59,855 nt of DNA from an uncultured bacterium (GCA_913009335.1 CAJVXN010000007.1:1-59855), one strand, 5' to 3'. Positions 39,625 to 49,436 are shown, counted from the first letter of the stretch. Numbers and translations: made by a program. Notes: generated by a model not told the origin, from the sequence alone.

Positions 39625-40431
39625 TCAACCACCCTCTACAGAGTTAAGGCGATTTGAAATCATGGCTAAATCAGCTAATGAGAGATTTTCAATACGTAAA
39701 TTAGGATCCAATCCTAAGCCCCGAAGAAGAACACAAAACATTTCTTTTTCGTAAACTGCGCCTACAGCGTTTACGAACATCTTTCTGCGCTGATTAAACC
39801 CTAACCTAATCAGCTTAAAGAAAAGATCTTCATTATTTACCTTAACTTTAGGAAATTGCAATACCCTAAGAACTATAAACGCGCTATCGACTTTAGGCCG
39901 CGGCCAAAAAGAACCGGCCTTAATATTAAATATTTTTTTAGGTTCAGTATAATATTGCAGAAAACACGTTAACGAGCCATATTGAGAAGTAGACGGAGAA
40001 GCAACAATCCGCTCGGCAACTTCTTTCTGCACAGTCATAAAGATTGAATCAATTCTATCTTTAAAATTAAGCAAGTGTTGGATTATATCCGATGTAATAT
40101 AATACGGTATGTTTCCTACAACTTTTAACCTTTTCCCATTGGGAATTTTAGATATGTCAAATTTAAGAAAATCCTGATTTAGTATTTTAATATTTTCCTG
40201 GCCTTTAAATTTTCCCGTTAATACACTTGTCGCTCTTTTGTCGATTTCAAGCGCTAATACGTGACCGGCGCGCTTTGCGAGCAATGCTGTAAGGGTTCCC
40301 AATCCGGCGCCTATCTCCAGGATAAAATCTTTTTTTTCCGGCTTAATAAAAGACACCATCTTCTTTAGAATATTTTGATCAAAAAGAAAATTTTGGCCTA
40401 GTTTTTTACGTGGTAAAAAATCAGGAGACAT
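39625..40431 (-). CDS. rsmA: 16S rRNA (adenine1518/1519-N6)-dimethyltransferase
   Basis: Contains KKLGQNFLFDQNILKKM and EIGAGLGTLT. Confidence 0.92.
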   Translation of the reverse strand: MSPDFLPRKKLGQNFLFDQNILKKMVSFIKPEKKDFILEIGAGLGTLTALLAKRAGHVLALEIDKRATSVLTGKFKGQENIKILNQDFLKFDISKIPNGKRLKVVGNIPYYITSDIIQHLLNFKDRIDSIFMTVQKEVAERIVASPSTSQYGSLTCFLQYYTEPKKIFNIKAGSFWPRPKVDSAFIVLRVLQFPKVKVNNEDLFFKLIRLGFNQRRKMFVNAVGAVYEKEMFCVLLRGLGLDPNLRIENLSLADLAMISNRLNSVEGG

Positions 40432-41377
40432 TTTTTGCTAATTTTATAGCCGTATTTATTGCATAGCGCATACTTAAATAATTAGCCTTATTTTTACCGG
40501 CTATAGCATACGCTGTTCCATGCAAAGGAGATGTCCTGATAAACGGCAAACCCATAGTAATATTTACGCCATTAAATTTTGAGTCGATTTTTAAGGGTAT
40601 AAGGGCCTGGTCATGATACATTACGACAATTGCATCAGCGATTTTTGACTGGGACCTACTTAAAATTAAATCCGCGGGATAAGGACCGGAACAATCAATT
40701 AAAAACTTAAGCTTCTTTATTGCGGGAATTATTTTTTTCTTTTCTTCGTCTCCTATTAATCCTCCGTCGGAGGCATGAGGATTAAGACTACATATGGCAA
40801 TCTTGGGCCTCTTTATCAAATAGTAACTCTTTAGAAAACTAGCGGTAAGTCTTGCAACCTGGACTATATTATTTACAGTGATCTTATCTGCTACGTCTTT
40901 TAACGGCAAATGCCGCGTAACCAGGGCAAGTTTTAAGCTATCATTAATAAGCAGCATCCCAAAATTGCTAATACCGCATTTTGCAGCTAAATACTCTGTC
41001 TGCCCGCGAAAATCATTCATAGACTTAGCAATAGACTCTTTACCTACGGGCGCACTCACCAGTGCTTTTATTTGCTGCTGTCTAACCAAATCAAGCGCTA
41101 CATCAACATATTCCATGGCTGCGGCACCGTATTTTGAGCTTATTTTACCAAAACAAAAATTCCGCCTGTTGACATTATTCAAATCTATGAATTCGATTTT
41201 TGGACTATTACTAATATGGCTAAACCCCTGTATCTTTTGAAATACAAACTTATCTCCCACGACAATAAACCTGACCCCTTTGACTAATCCGGGCACTGAC
41301 AAAGAACGTACTATTATCTCTGCTCCTATCCCTGAGGGGTCTCCCATTGTTATAATAATTGTTTTAGATAAAGGCAT
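40421..41377 (-). CDS. pdxA: 4-hydroxythreonine-4-phosphate dehydrogenase
   Basis: Contains ITMGDPSGIGAEI and NPHASDGG, within the surA-pdxA-rsmA synteny. Confidence 0.9.
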   Translation of the reverse strand: MPLSKTIIITMGDPSGIGAEIIVRSLSVPGLVKGVRFIVVGDKFVFQKIQGFSHISNSPKIEFIDLNNVNRRNFCFGKISSKYGAAAMEYVDVALDLVRQQQIKALVSAPVGKESIAKSMNDFRGQTEYLAAKCGISNFGMLLINDSLKLALVTRHLPLKDVADKITVNNIVQVARLTASFLKSYYLIKRPKIAICSLNPHASDGGLIGDEEKKKIIPAIKKLKFLIDCSGPYPADLILSRSQSKIADAIVVMYHDQALIPLKIDSKFNGVNITMGLPFIRTSPLHGTAYAIAGKNKANYLSMRYAINTAIKLAKNVS

Positions 41378-41386
41378 AACGTTTAG

Positions 41387-42310
41387 TCAGCGTATGACAA
41401 TATACGCATCATCCATAAGCTTTGCTATCCATTCCTGAAAATGCTCTTCTGATTTCTGACGAATAATTAAATCCTTAATTACCGTCTCAACTTCTGATAA
41501 AAAAAGCTGAACTTGGGGATTCTTCTTGAGTAGCTTAAATATATAAAATCCATTTTCTGTCTTAACAACATCAGAAAAATCGCCTTCTTCCAAAGCAAAA
41601 ACAACATCCTCAATATCAGGTATTAATTCGCCCTTTGTAATTTTATCCAAACTTGCATCGGGCGAAAAACGCCCCTTAACAGCTTTAAAGTCTTCGCCGT
41701 TTTTTAAAGCTAAAAGCGCCTCTTTTGCCTGTAATTCTAACTCACATAATATCGAATTGATATCTACACTTTCAGCCTGCTTAAACTCTTCCAGATGAGC
41801 CTGATAGTATGCCGTAATATCAACCGGACTTACTACTATTTTTCTTCTCACATTGAGCCCAACCGCTGCCGATGACATCATCTGCTGTTCTATCCTTTTT
41901 TTAAAATCTGCCGGGGTGATACCCTGATTGGCCAATGCATCGCTAAATTCAACATCATCTTTAAAACCTTTCCTTATTTCGGATAATCTTTCCTCTACTG
42001 ATTCAGATGGCACCTTAATCTCTTGCTTTTTTGCCTCGGCTAAAATCAATTTATCCTCAATAAGGCGCTCTAATACAGTTCCCTGCATCCGCATTAATTC
42101 TTCTTCTTTACGTGCATCGGAGAATTCAGCAGGCATCTGTAAATAAAACGCGGCTAACAACTCCTCTACTTCACTCTGCGTAATAATTTCACTATTTACA
42201 ATAGCTATTATTTTATCTTGAGGCAGACCAATAGAGTCAATATCCTGCGCAAATAGAGAAACACGAGACGTAAATAAAAAAACTAATAGAAGCATATATC
42301 CATATTTCAT
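41387..42310 (-). CDS. surA: SurA-like periplasmic chaperone / parvulin PPIase
   Basis: Has a signal peptide MKYGYMLLLVFLFTSRVSLFAQ and a parvulin-like C-terminal domain. Synteny with pdxA and rsmA supports the call. Confidence 0.8.
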   Translation of the reverse strand: MKYGYMLLLVFLFTSRVSLFAQDIDSIGLPQDKIIAIVNSEIITQSEVEELLAAFYLQMPAEFSDARKEEELMRMQGTVLERLIEDKLILAEAKKQEIKVPSESVEERLSEIRKGFKDDVEFSDALANQGITPADFKKRIEQQMMSSAAVGLNVRRKIVVSPVDITAYYQAHLEEFKQAESVDINSILCELELQAKEALLALKNGEDFKAVKGRFSPDASLDKITKGELIPDIEDVVFALEEGDFSDVVKTENGFYIFKLLKKNPQVQLFLSEVETVIKDLIIRQKSEEHFQEWIAKLMDDAYIVIR

Positions 42311-42360
42311 TTTACCTATTCCCCCTTTTTAAGACCCTTCCTTTTAGGCCCTTCCCTAAA

Positions 42361-42413
42361 ATGTATTAGGAAGGCCTACCCTGCTGGGTAGATGTATTAG
42401 GAAAGCCTACCCT
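42361..42413 (-). repeat. 22-nt direct repeat ATGTATTAGGAA(G/A)GCCTACCCT x2 (31-nt period) covering the mfd stop codon
   Basis: Copies are at 42361-42382 and 42392-42413. The mfd stop at 42407-42409 lies inside the second copy. Confidence 0.75.
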
Positions 42414-44302
42414 TTAGGGCTAACTTTAAATTCGGAAACAATTTCTCGCAACAAACGACAATAAAGATCAAATCCGATTCTGTTCATATAGCCATGCTGC
42501 TCTGCCCCCAGTAGATTACCGGCGCCGCGTATCATAAGATCTTCAAAGGCAATCTTAAACCCAGCGCCTAATTCACTATAATTTGATATTGCATCCAGCC
42601 TTAAACGCGCCTCTTTATTAAACGAACCCTTCTTAGAGACCAAAAAGAAAGCGTATGCCTTTCTTGTAAATCTTCCCACTCTTCCCCGTAACTGATGAAG
42701 ATCGGATAAGCCGAAATTTTCCGCATTATTTACAATCAATGTATTAGCGTTAGGAACATCAATTCCGGACTCAATTATCATTGTACATACCAATATATCT
42801 ATTTTTCCGTCTAAAAACTCCAAAATCACTTTCTCTAACATCTTTGGAGACATCTGTCCGTGGGCAAACATAATCCTAGCGCCTTTAGGAGAAATTTTCC
42901 TGATTCCTTCTAGGACTTCCTCAATATCAAAAACCCGGTTATGCACAAAATAAACCTGACCTTTACGATTTAATTCATTAAAAATGGCCTGTTTCACCAA
43001 TGCCGTATCAAACGCGCAAACATGAGTTTCAACGGGAATACGATTTGCCGGAGGCGTATTAATTATAGACATATCCCGCGCGTGCATCAGACTCATATAT
43101 AAAGTACGAGGAATGGGAGTAGCTGTTAAAGTTAAAATATCAACAGTAAGACGCAAAGACTTAAGTTTTTCTTTAGCCCTTACGCCAAAACGCTGCTCTT
43201 CATCAATTATCAAAAGTCCCAAATCTTTAAAAATTAAATCATCGGATAAAAGCCTATGTGTGCCAATTACAATATCTACAGTACCCTTCTTAAGACCCTC
43301 GATAATATCTACCTGCTCCTTTTTGGTCCGAAAACGGGAAAGCATAGCTAAATTTATAGGAAAATCTTTTATACGCAATAATAAATTATGAAAATGCTGC
43401 TCCGCTAAAATTGTAGTAGGCACTAAAATCGCTACCTGCTTATTATCCACTACAGCTTTAAACGTAGCACGCATTGCTACTTCAGTCTTACCATACCCCA
43501 CATCACCACAAAGAAGTCTGTCCATAGGGTGTGCGCTCTCCATATTTTCCTTTACCTGCTGCATAGATTCTATCTGCCCGGGAGTTTCTTTATAAGGAAA
43601 TGTTTTCTCAAATTGAACCTGCCAATCGCTATCTTTGGAAAACTTAAAGCCAGGTAGCGTATCGCGCGCCGCCTGAATGCGCAAAAGATCAAAAGCCATT
43701 TTTTGTATCCCCTTCCTAACCTGATTCTTTATCTTTTGCCATTCTTTACCCCCCAACTTGTAAATGCGCGGCGGACGACGGGCAAAACCAATATACTTTT
43801 GTACAAGATGCATGAAATTCTGCGGAACATAAAGCTTATCCCCATCAGCGTATTGGATTATCATATGATCACTCATCTTACCACTAGACTCAAGCCTCTT
43901 AATACCCGTAAATTTACCCACTCCATACTGATTATGCACAACATAATCTCCGGGGGCTAAATCGATAAAATTCTCTATCGGTTCTTCTTCGCTAAAATGA
44001 CGAAATTTTAAATTTTTGGAGATTTTCTTAGGAAGAATTATTGCAATAGTATGCTCAAAAATTAGACGGCCGCTGACTTTATCGAAACTTTTAATAGAAC
44101 TTATTTTATTATTATCCAGCTCGATACGTATAGGATATTCAAAAGTAGAGGGAAAAATATCTATAATCCCCCCCCTTACTGCGTACTCTGCCTCTTGAGC
44201 TATTTTGCTATGTCTTTGATATCCAAATCCGGACAATGAGGCCAGGAGTTTATCCAGGTCAATACGTTCCTGTTTATAAAGCTTAATCGATCGAAAATTC
44301 AT
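42407..44302 (-). CDS. mfd: transcription-repair coupling factor Mfd, short form (about 630 aa)
   Basis: Contains AVRGGIIDIFP, the RNAP-interacting segment GDYVVHNQYGVGKF, and helicase motifs GDVGYGKTEV, DEEQRFGV and QLRGRVGR. It ends right after GFDLYCRLL. The ATG at 44300-44302 is preferred over the TTG at 44317. Confidence 0.85.
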   Translation of the reverse strand: MNFRSIKLYKQERIDLDKLLASLSGFGYQRHSKIAQEAEYAVRGGIIDIFPSTFEYPIRIELDNNKISSIKSFDKVSGRLIFEHTIAIILPKKISKNLKFRHFSEEEPIENFIDLAPGDYVVHNQYGVGKFTGIKRLESSGKMSDHMIIQYADGDKLYVPQNFMHLVQKYIGFARRPPRIYKLGGKEWQKIKNQVRKGIQKMAFDLLRIQAARDTLPGFKFSKDSDWQVQFEKTFPYKETPGQIESMQQVKENMESAHPMDRLLCGDVGYGKTEVAMRATFKAVVDNKQVAILVPTTILAEQHFHNLLLRIKDFPINLAMLSRFRTKKEQVDIIEGLKKGTVDIVIGTHRLLSDDLIFKDLGLLIIDEEQRFGVRAKEKLKSLRLTVDILTLTATPIPRTLYMSLMHARDMSIINTPPANRIPVETHVCAFDTALVKQAIFNELNRKGQVYFVHNRVFDIEEVLEGIRKISPKGARIMFAHGQMSPKMLEKVILEFLDGKIDILVCTMIIESGIDVPNANTLIVNNAENFGLSDLHQLRGRVGRFTRKAYAFFLVSKKGSFNKEARLRLDAISNYSELGAGFKIAFEDLMIRGAGNLLGAEQHGYMNRIGFDLYCRLLREIVSEFKVSPKG

Positions 44303-44332
44303 CCTTATAATCCCCAAGCTGGCTAAAACAGA

Positions 44333-44420
44333 TAAGACCCATCCTTAAATATGCCAGGATGGTCTATCCCTGTGGATTAGACTCATCCTTTAAAATATTA
44401 GGATAGGCTATCCCTATGGA
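44333..44420 (-). repeat. two tandem 44-nt units between secDF and mfd
   Basis: Units at 44333-44376 and 44377-44420 are roughly four-fifths identical by eye. Each holds a CATCCT...AGGATG hairpin. Confidence 0.75.
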
Positions 44421-44429
44421 TAAACCCGC

Positions 44430-46622
44430 CTATTTCGATCGCTTTCTTTGAAAAACAAGAATTAACGGGCTTGCGATGAAAATTGTAGAATAAATACCGG
44501 AAATAAATCCTATTAAGAGCGTATAGGCAAAATTATTTAGTATTTCACCTCCAAAGAAGAAAAGTGCTACAACGACAAAAAGAGTAAGCGCTGTCGTTAG
44601 AATCGTACGAGTCAATGTTTGATTTATAGCTAAATTTACCGCATCAAACAAGCTTACCTTGCGATTAACTCTCATTAATTCGCGTATACGATCATAGATA
44701 ATTATCGTATCATTTATGGAATAACCGGCAATAGTTAATAACGCGCTAACGATAAGTAAATCAATCACCCGTCCGCTAAAACTGAGAAAACCGATAGTTA
44801 TTAATATATCATGCAAGACTGCTATAATACCTGCTACAGCAAAATCAAAATGTTTAAATCTAAAACCAATATATACAAGAATACCGGCTAAAGAAAATAA
44901 TATCGCGCATATCGCCTTTTGCTTAAGCTGATTACCTACGGCAGGCCCAACCTGCTCTACTCTAAGAATATCGATTTTTTGGTCCGGAAAACTTTCCCTT
45001 AGCTTTTCTTCTACCATATAAGAAGTATCTTGAGCGATACGAATAAGTATAACTTTGGGGTCTTTTTTATCCTGTTGAATTATCGCATCCGCAAGTCCCA
45101 AACTTTTAAGGCTGCCTCGCACATCTTCAATCACAACAGGAGGCTCAAAGCTATATTCCTGAATCTGACCGCCGATAAAATCAATACCATACATCTTTTT
45201 ACCCTTATAAAAGAATAAACCCATTCCTAAAACTACCATTACTAAAGACAAGGTAAAAAATATCTTTCTTTTCCCGATAAAATCAAATTTTGTATCTTTT
45301 ATCAGCCGAAACATCGGTAGACGATGAATGGCTTTGGTCATAAGTAAAAATTCAAATATAGTCCTCGTTACTACAATTGCCGTGAACATGCTGGCAAGAA
45401 GACCAATAGATAAAGTTACGGCAAACCCTCTGATAGGACCCGTGCCGAACTGAAAAAGCAAAAATGCCGCGATAAGTGTTGTTATGTTCGAATCAAATAT
45501 TGCGCCAAAGGCTTTATTATATCCATTATTTATCGCAAGACGTAAAGGACGCCCTAGCCTTAACTCTTCCTTTATGCGCTCATTGATTAAAACATTGGCA
45601 TCAACTGCCATGCCCAAAGTAAGAACAACCCCGGCAATACCGGGCAGAGTAAGAGTAGCGCCCAGAAGGCTTAACCCCGCCGTTATAAGCAGAATATTAA
45701 GCGCTAGCGCAATATTTGCGATAATGCCGGCAAATAAATAATATCCTGCCATAAATATAAATACGCAAATCGCACCGGCGGCTGTAGCGTATATACCTTT
45801 TCTTATCGAATCCTGGCCCAGAATAGAACCTACCGTTCGTTCTTCTTCAATATATAACGGCGCAGGTAAGGCACCTGCCTTTAATTTTATGGCTAAATCC
45901 TTTGCCTCATCGGGAGTAAATCTTCCTGAGATTATGCCTTTACCCGAGGGGATATGCTCATTTATGCGGGGAGCAGAAAGCACCTTATCATCAAGCACAA
46001 TAGCTAAACGCCGTCCAACATTTTTACGAGTAAGCTCACTAAATATTTTCCCGCCCTCACTATTAAAAGCAATACCGATATAGGGCTCCCCGAAACTTGC
46101 CTGATCAAACTGAACATCCGCGGATACTAATGTATCTCCGGTTAATACGGCATCCTCTTCCAATAAAATAGGCTCATTTTTAGAAGCATCTTTATTTTGA
46201 ATATATCTTAACTCATACCCTTCGGGAACATTTCCCTCCAGGGCAGATTTAAAAAGCTGAGGGTCGTTATTTACCATCTTAAATTCTAAAAGAGCTGTCT
46301 CCCCGATAAGCTGTAAAGCACGCTGCCTATCAGTTAACCCTGGAAGCTGAATTACTATCTGATCATCCCCCTGCAGATGCATAGAGGGTTCAGCAACTCC
46401 GAATAAGTCGATACGATTCCTGATTACCTCTAACGCCCTTTCCGGGGCACCGGCTTTAGCGTCAGCAGGCAATTCGGAAGTATCCACCTTAAGAACGAGA
46501 TGCATTCCTCCTTTTAAATCAAGGCCTAAATTTATGCGTTTATCCAAAGGAAAAGAATACCATAAGCTCGTTGCAACAACTAAAACTATCAAGCCAATTT
46601 TCCAAAATAATTTTTTATACAT
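44430..46622 (-). CDS. secDF: fused protein-export membrane protein SecDF
   Basis: About 730 aa with two 6-TM blocks and a periplasmic domain. The ATG at 46620-46622 gives MYKKLFWK. Confidence 0.9.
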   Translation of the reverse strand: MYKKLFWKIGLIVLVVATSLWYSFPLDKRINLGLDLKGGMHLVLKVDTSELPADAKAGAPERALEVIRNRIDLFGVAEPSMHLQGDDQIVIQLPGLTDRQRALQLIGETALLEFKMVNNDPQLFKSALEGNVPEGYELRYIQNKDASKNEPILLEEDAVLTGDTLVSADVQFDQASFGEPYIGIAFNSEGGKIFSELTRKNVGRRLAIVLDDKVLSAPRINEHIPSGKGIISGRFTPDEAKDLAIKLKAGALPAPLYIEEERTVGSILGQDSIRKGIYATAAGAICVFIFMAGYYLFAGIIANIALALNILLITAGLSLLGATLTLPGIAGVVLTLGMAVDANVLINERIKEELRLGRPLRLAINNGYNKAFGAIFDSNITTLIAAFLLFQFGTGPIRGFAVTLSIGLLASMFTAIVVTRTIFEFLLMTKAIHRLPMFRLIKDTKFDFIGKRKIFFTLSLVMVVLGMGLFFYKGKKMYGIDFIGGQIQEYSFEPPVVIEDVRGSLKSLGLADAIIQQDKKDPKVILIRIAQDTSYMVEEKLRESFPDQKIDILRVEQVGPAVGNQLKQKAICAILFSLAGILVYIGFRFKHFDFAVAGIIAVLHDILITIGFLSFSGRVIDLLIVSALLTIAGYSINDTIIIYDRIRELMRVNRKVSLFDAVNLAINQTLTRTILTTALTLFVVVALFFFGGEILNNFAYTLLIGFISGIYSTIFIASPLILVFQRKRSK

Positions 46623-46654
46623 AATGTCCCTTCCGCGCAAAAGATAAAAACTTG

Positions 46655-46933
46655 CTATGATTTCTTTTTAACTCTCGCAACTGCTGTCTTATCAATCTCA
46701 ATTCTTAAATTATCGTCTATACGCACAATAAATGTTGCATCTTTAACATTTATAACTGTGCCATGTATCCCGCCAGCAGTTACTATTTCATCGTTCTTCT
46801 TCAAACTAGAAATAGCCTTCTTATGCTCCTTGGCCTTGTTTTTCTCCGGCCTTATAACCATAAAATACATAATTAAAAACACCAAAGCTAAAGGAACAAG
46901 AGGAGTCTGTAAAATAGATGGTCCTTGTGGCAT
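46655..46933 (-). CDS. yajC: preprotein translocase subunit YajC
   Basis: 92 aa with one TM helix followed by DEIVTAGGIHGTVINV. A clear AAGGAG SD precedes it. Confidence 0.9.
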   Translation of the reverse strand: MPQGPSILQTPLVPLALVFLIMYFMVIRPEKNKAKEHKKAISSLKKNDEIVTAGGIHGTVINVKDATFIVRIDDNLRIEIDKTAVARVKKKS

Positions 46934-46991
46934 AATTATTCTCCTTTTTTATAAATATTCTTTATACTACTATTCAATATCTCGCTTACGC

Positions 46992-47076
46992 ATCCGCCCC
47001 TGATTCAATGGCGTATAAACCTCGGGATAAATTCGAACAGATAAATTATGAGCGTTACCAATCATAACTTAAGTCT
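46992..47076 (-). repeat. B-C hairpin cassette (copy lacking module A) downstream of rpsP
   Basis: ATCCGCCCCTGATTCAATGGCGTAT is B-like. AAATTATGAGCGTTACCAATCATAACTT is C-like. Confidence 0.65.
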
Positions 47077-47319
47077 TTATTTATACTTTTTGTACAAGCT
47101 TTTTACCGTAGCGCTCATGCGCGCGCCCTTAGATATCCAATAGTCAATACGCTCTTTTTTAAGAGATACGACTTTAGGTTTACGCGCAGGGTCATAATAA
47201 CCCACCTCTTCAATAAAGCTGGAATCCCTGCTCTTAGTAGAATCCATAACCTTAATCCTGAAAAAATATCTTTTCTTTGTTGCCTTGCTTGGTCTTCCCA
47301 ATCTTATCACTACTGCCAT
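47077..47319 (-). CDS. rpsP: ribosomal protein S16
   Basis: N-terminus is MAVVIRLGRPSKATKKRYFFRI, and GYYDP is present. Confidence 0.95.
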   Translation of the reverse strand: MAVVIRLGRPSKATKKRYFFRIKVMDSTKSRDSSFIEEVGYYDPARKPKVVSLKKERIDYWISKGARMSATVKSLYKKYK

Positions 47320-47373
47320 GTTTCCTCCTTTTGCTAAAATCCTAGAATTCTTAAATTAAAACACCGATAAATC

Positions 47374-48924
47374 CTACCTATCAATTATATAACTTTCATA
47401 AGACCTAATCGCTTCCACCTGAGCCTTTGCCTTATTTACCGTCTCATAATATTCTTTTTCTGGATCCGAATCAGCTACAATACCAGCTCCAGCCTGAATA
47501 TAAGCGATCTTGTTCTTAATTACAATTGTCCTGATTGTAATACATGTATCTAAATTGCCGGAAAAACTAAAATAGCCTACGCATCCGGCATAGGGCCCGC
47601 GAGATAGACCCTCTAATTCGTCAATTATTTCCATCGCTCTTACTTTTGGCGCACCTGAAACTGTGCCTGCGGGAAAAGTTGAGGCCACTACATCAAAAAC
47701 ATTTTTTCTCTTGCTTAAATCACCCTTTACATTGCTAACGATGTGCATAACATGTGAGTATTTTTCAACATGTTTAAATTCATTTACCTTAACACTGCCA
47801 TAGTCACAAACCCTGCCTAAATCATTCCTGCCTAAATCAACAAGCATTAAGTGTTCGGCATTCTCTTTTTTATCTTTTAATAAATTAGCTGCCAAACTAG
47901 CATCCTCTTTTTTGTCTTTTCCCCTTCTGCGAGTTCCGGCTATAGGGCGCATTTGCACCAATCCATCTTCACACCTTACAAACATTTCCGGAGAAGACCC
48001 GACTAAGGACAAATCCTTAAAATTTAAATAAAACATATACGGTGAAGGATTAATAGAGCGAAGGCTACGGTAGATACCAAACGAACCATACTTAATAGGA
48101 TAATAAAACCGTTGGGACAAAACCACCTGTATTATATCGCCTTTTTTAATATATTCTTTCGCGCGGCGCACCATATCTTTAAACTTTTTCTTACTTATGT
48201 TAGATTTAATCCCAGAAAAAGAAGTTGAATGTTTTCCCCTCTTAGCCAATATTTTCGAAGAGGGTAAATTTCTCCTCAATTTAACCTCTACCTTCTCAAT
48301 TTTTCCAATAGCCTCACTATATATTCGTTTAAGCAATGCTTTATTTATTTTTTGCTTTTGTGTTATATGCGTATTTACTACAATCTTTACATTGTGCCTG
48401 CGATGATCAAAAATAATAAGATTCTCTGCTAGAATAAAATAACTATCCGCTAATTTTAAATCATCTTTTATTTTATCCTCTGCTAATTTAGGTTCGAAAA
48501 ATCTCACCATGCCATAACCAAGATACCCGATAAATCCCCCCGAAAACCGAGGCAGGCCATTTTGCTCTACAAAATGAAGACCTTGCATTATTTTTCTTAA
48601 TTCATCTAATGGACTTTTTGTTGTTAGAAAAGTCCTTACTGTCCTTTTCTTTTTTTTAAAACCGGCCCCTGTCTCATAGCTAGTAACTGTTATTTTATTT
48701 TTTTTACTGCTAAAAACAATTAGAGGCTCACTGCCTAAAAAAGAAAAGCGCGCAATTTTATCCTCACCTTCCACAGACTCAAGAAGATAAGAATAATCCC
48801 CGGTTTTAATTTTTAGATAGGCAGACACAGGCGTATCGGTATCCGCGAAAATCTCTTTATATACCGGGATAATATTACCTTTTTTTGCTAATCTTATAAA
48901 TTCCTTTTCACTGGGATGATACAT
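47374..48924 (-). CDS. trpE: anthranilate synthase component I
   Basis: 516 aa with DTDTPVSAY, LLESVEG, and the chorismate-binding C-terminus GAGIVADSDPEKEY. Confidence 0.85.
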   Translation of the reverse strand: MYHPSEKEFIRLAKKGNIIPVYKEIFADTDTPVSAYLKIKTGDYSYLLESVEGEDKIARFSFLGSEPLIVFSSKKNKITVTSYETGAGFKKKKRTVRTFLTTKSPLDELRKIMQGLHFVEQNGLPRFSGGFIGYLGYGMVRFFEPKLAEDKIKDDLKLADSYFILAENLIIFDHRRHNVKIVVNTHITQKQKINKALLKRIYSEAIGKIEKVEVKLRRNLPSSKILAKRGKHSTSFSGIKSNISKKKFKDMVRRAKEYIKKGDIIQVVLSQRFYYPIKYGSFGIYRSLRSINPSPYMFYLNFKDLSLVGSSPEMFVRCEDGLVQMRPIAGTRRRGKDKKEDASLAANLLKDKKENAEHLMLVDLGRNDLGRVCDYGSVKVNEFKHVEKYSHVMHIVSNVKGDLSKRKNVFDVVASTFPAGTVSGAPKVRAMEIIDELEGLSRGPYAGCVGYFSFSGNLDTCITIRTIVIKNKIAYIQAGAGIVADSDPEKEYYETVNKAKAQVEAIRSYESYIIDR

Positions 48925-49088
48925 AAATGAGCTTATAACTTACAGAGTGCCTTACCGCACGATGTAAGTTATTTATGCGAATTAACCCCGCCCCTTTTTA
49001 CTGCTAGGTGTATCTTCATAGTAGAAAGAGGCGGGGTAAGTTCAGATTTATGACTTACGTCGGCATAAAACCTCCGTAAGCCATGTCT
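48925..49088 (-). repeat. rearranged hairpin cassette (C-like, long B, C-like) at the hisI-trpE junction
   Basis: The hairpin ATAACTTACA..TGTAAGTTAT is at 48935-48972. ACCCCGCC...GGCGGGGT at 48985-49037 carries a 37-nt insert. ATGACTTACG..CGTAAGCCAT is at about 49049-49085. Confidence 0.7.
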
Positions 49089-49436
49089 TCAACTTATTCT
49101 CCTATAAAAACAACTCCTATTGCCGGTATGACAGGCAACTCCCACCTGTCTTACCTGTATCAGTAAAGCATCCATATCGCAATCATAATACATGGATTTT
49201 ACAAACTGGAAATGTCCGGATGTCTCTCCCTTAACCCAAAACTTCTTACGTGAGCGGGACCAAAAACATGTCTTGCTAGTTTTAATAGTCCGCTTAACAG
49301 ACGCCGCATTCATGTATGCGACCATAAGGATATCTTTCTTCTTATAATCCTGAATGATTGTTACAATTAATCCTTTATCATCAAACTTTAAATCCTTGAC
49401 TTTAAATTTTATTTCAAGCTTATTATTATTTTTCAC
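49089..49436 (-). CDS. hisI: phosphoribosyl-AMP cyclohydrolase
   Basis: 115 aa with GETSGHFQ and [12 protein letters not shown]. The GTG start at 49434-49436 is formed by the repeat-element end. Confidence 0.9.
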   Translation of the reverse strand: MKNNNKLEIKFKVKDLKFDDKGLIVTIIQDYKKKDILMVAYMNAASVKRTIKTSKTCFWSRSRKKFWVKGETSGHFQFVKSMYYDCDMDALLIQVRQVGVACHTGNRSCFYRRIS

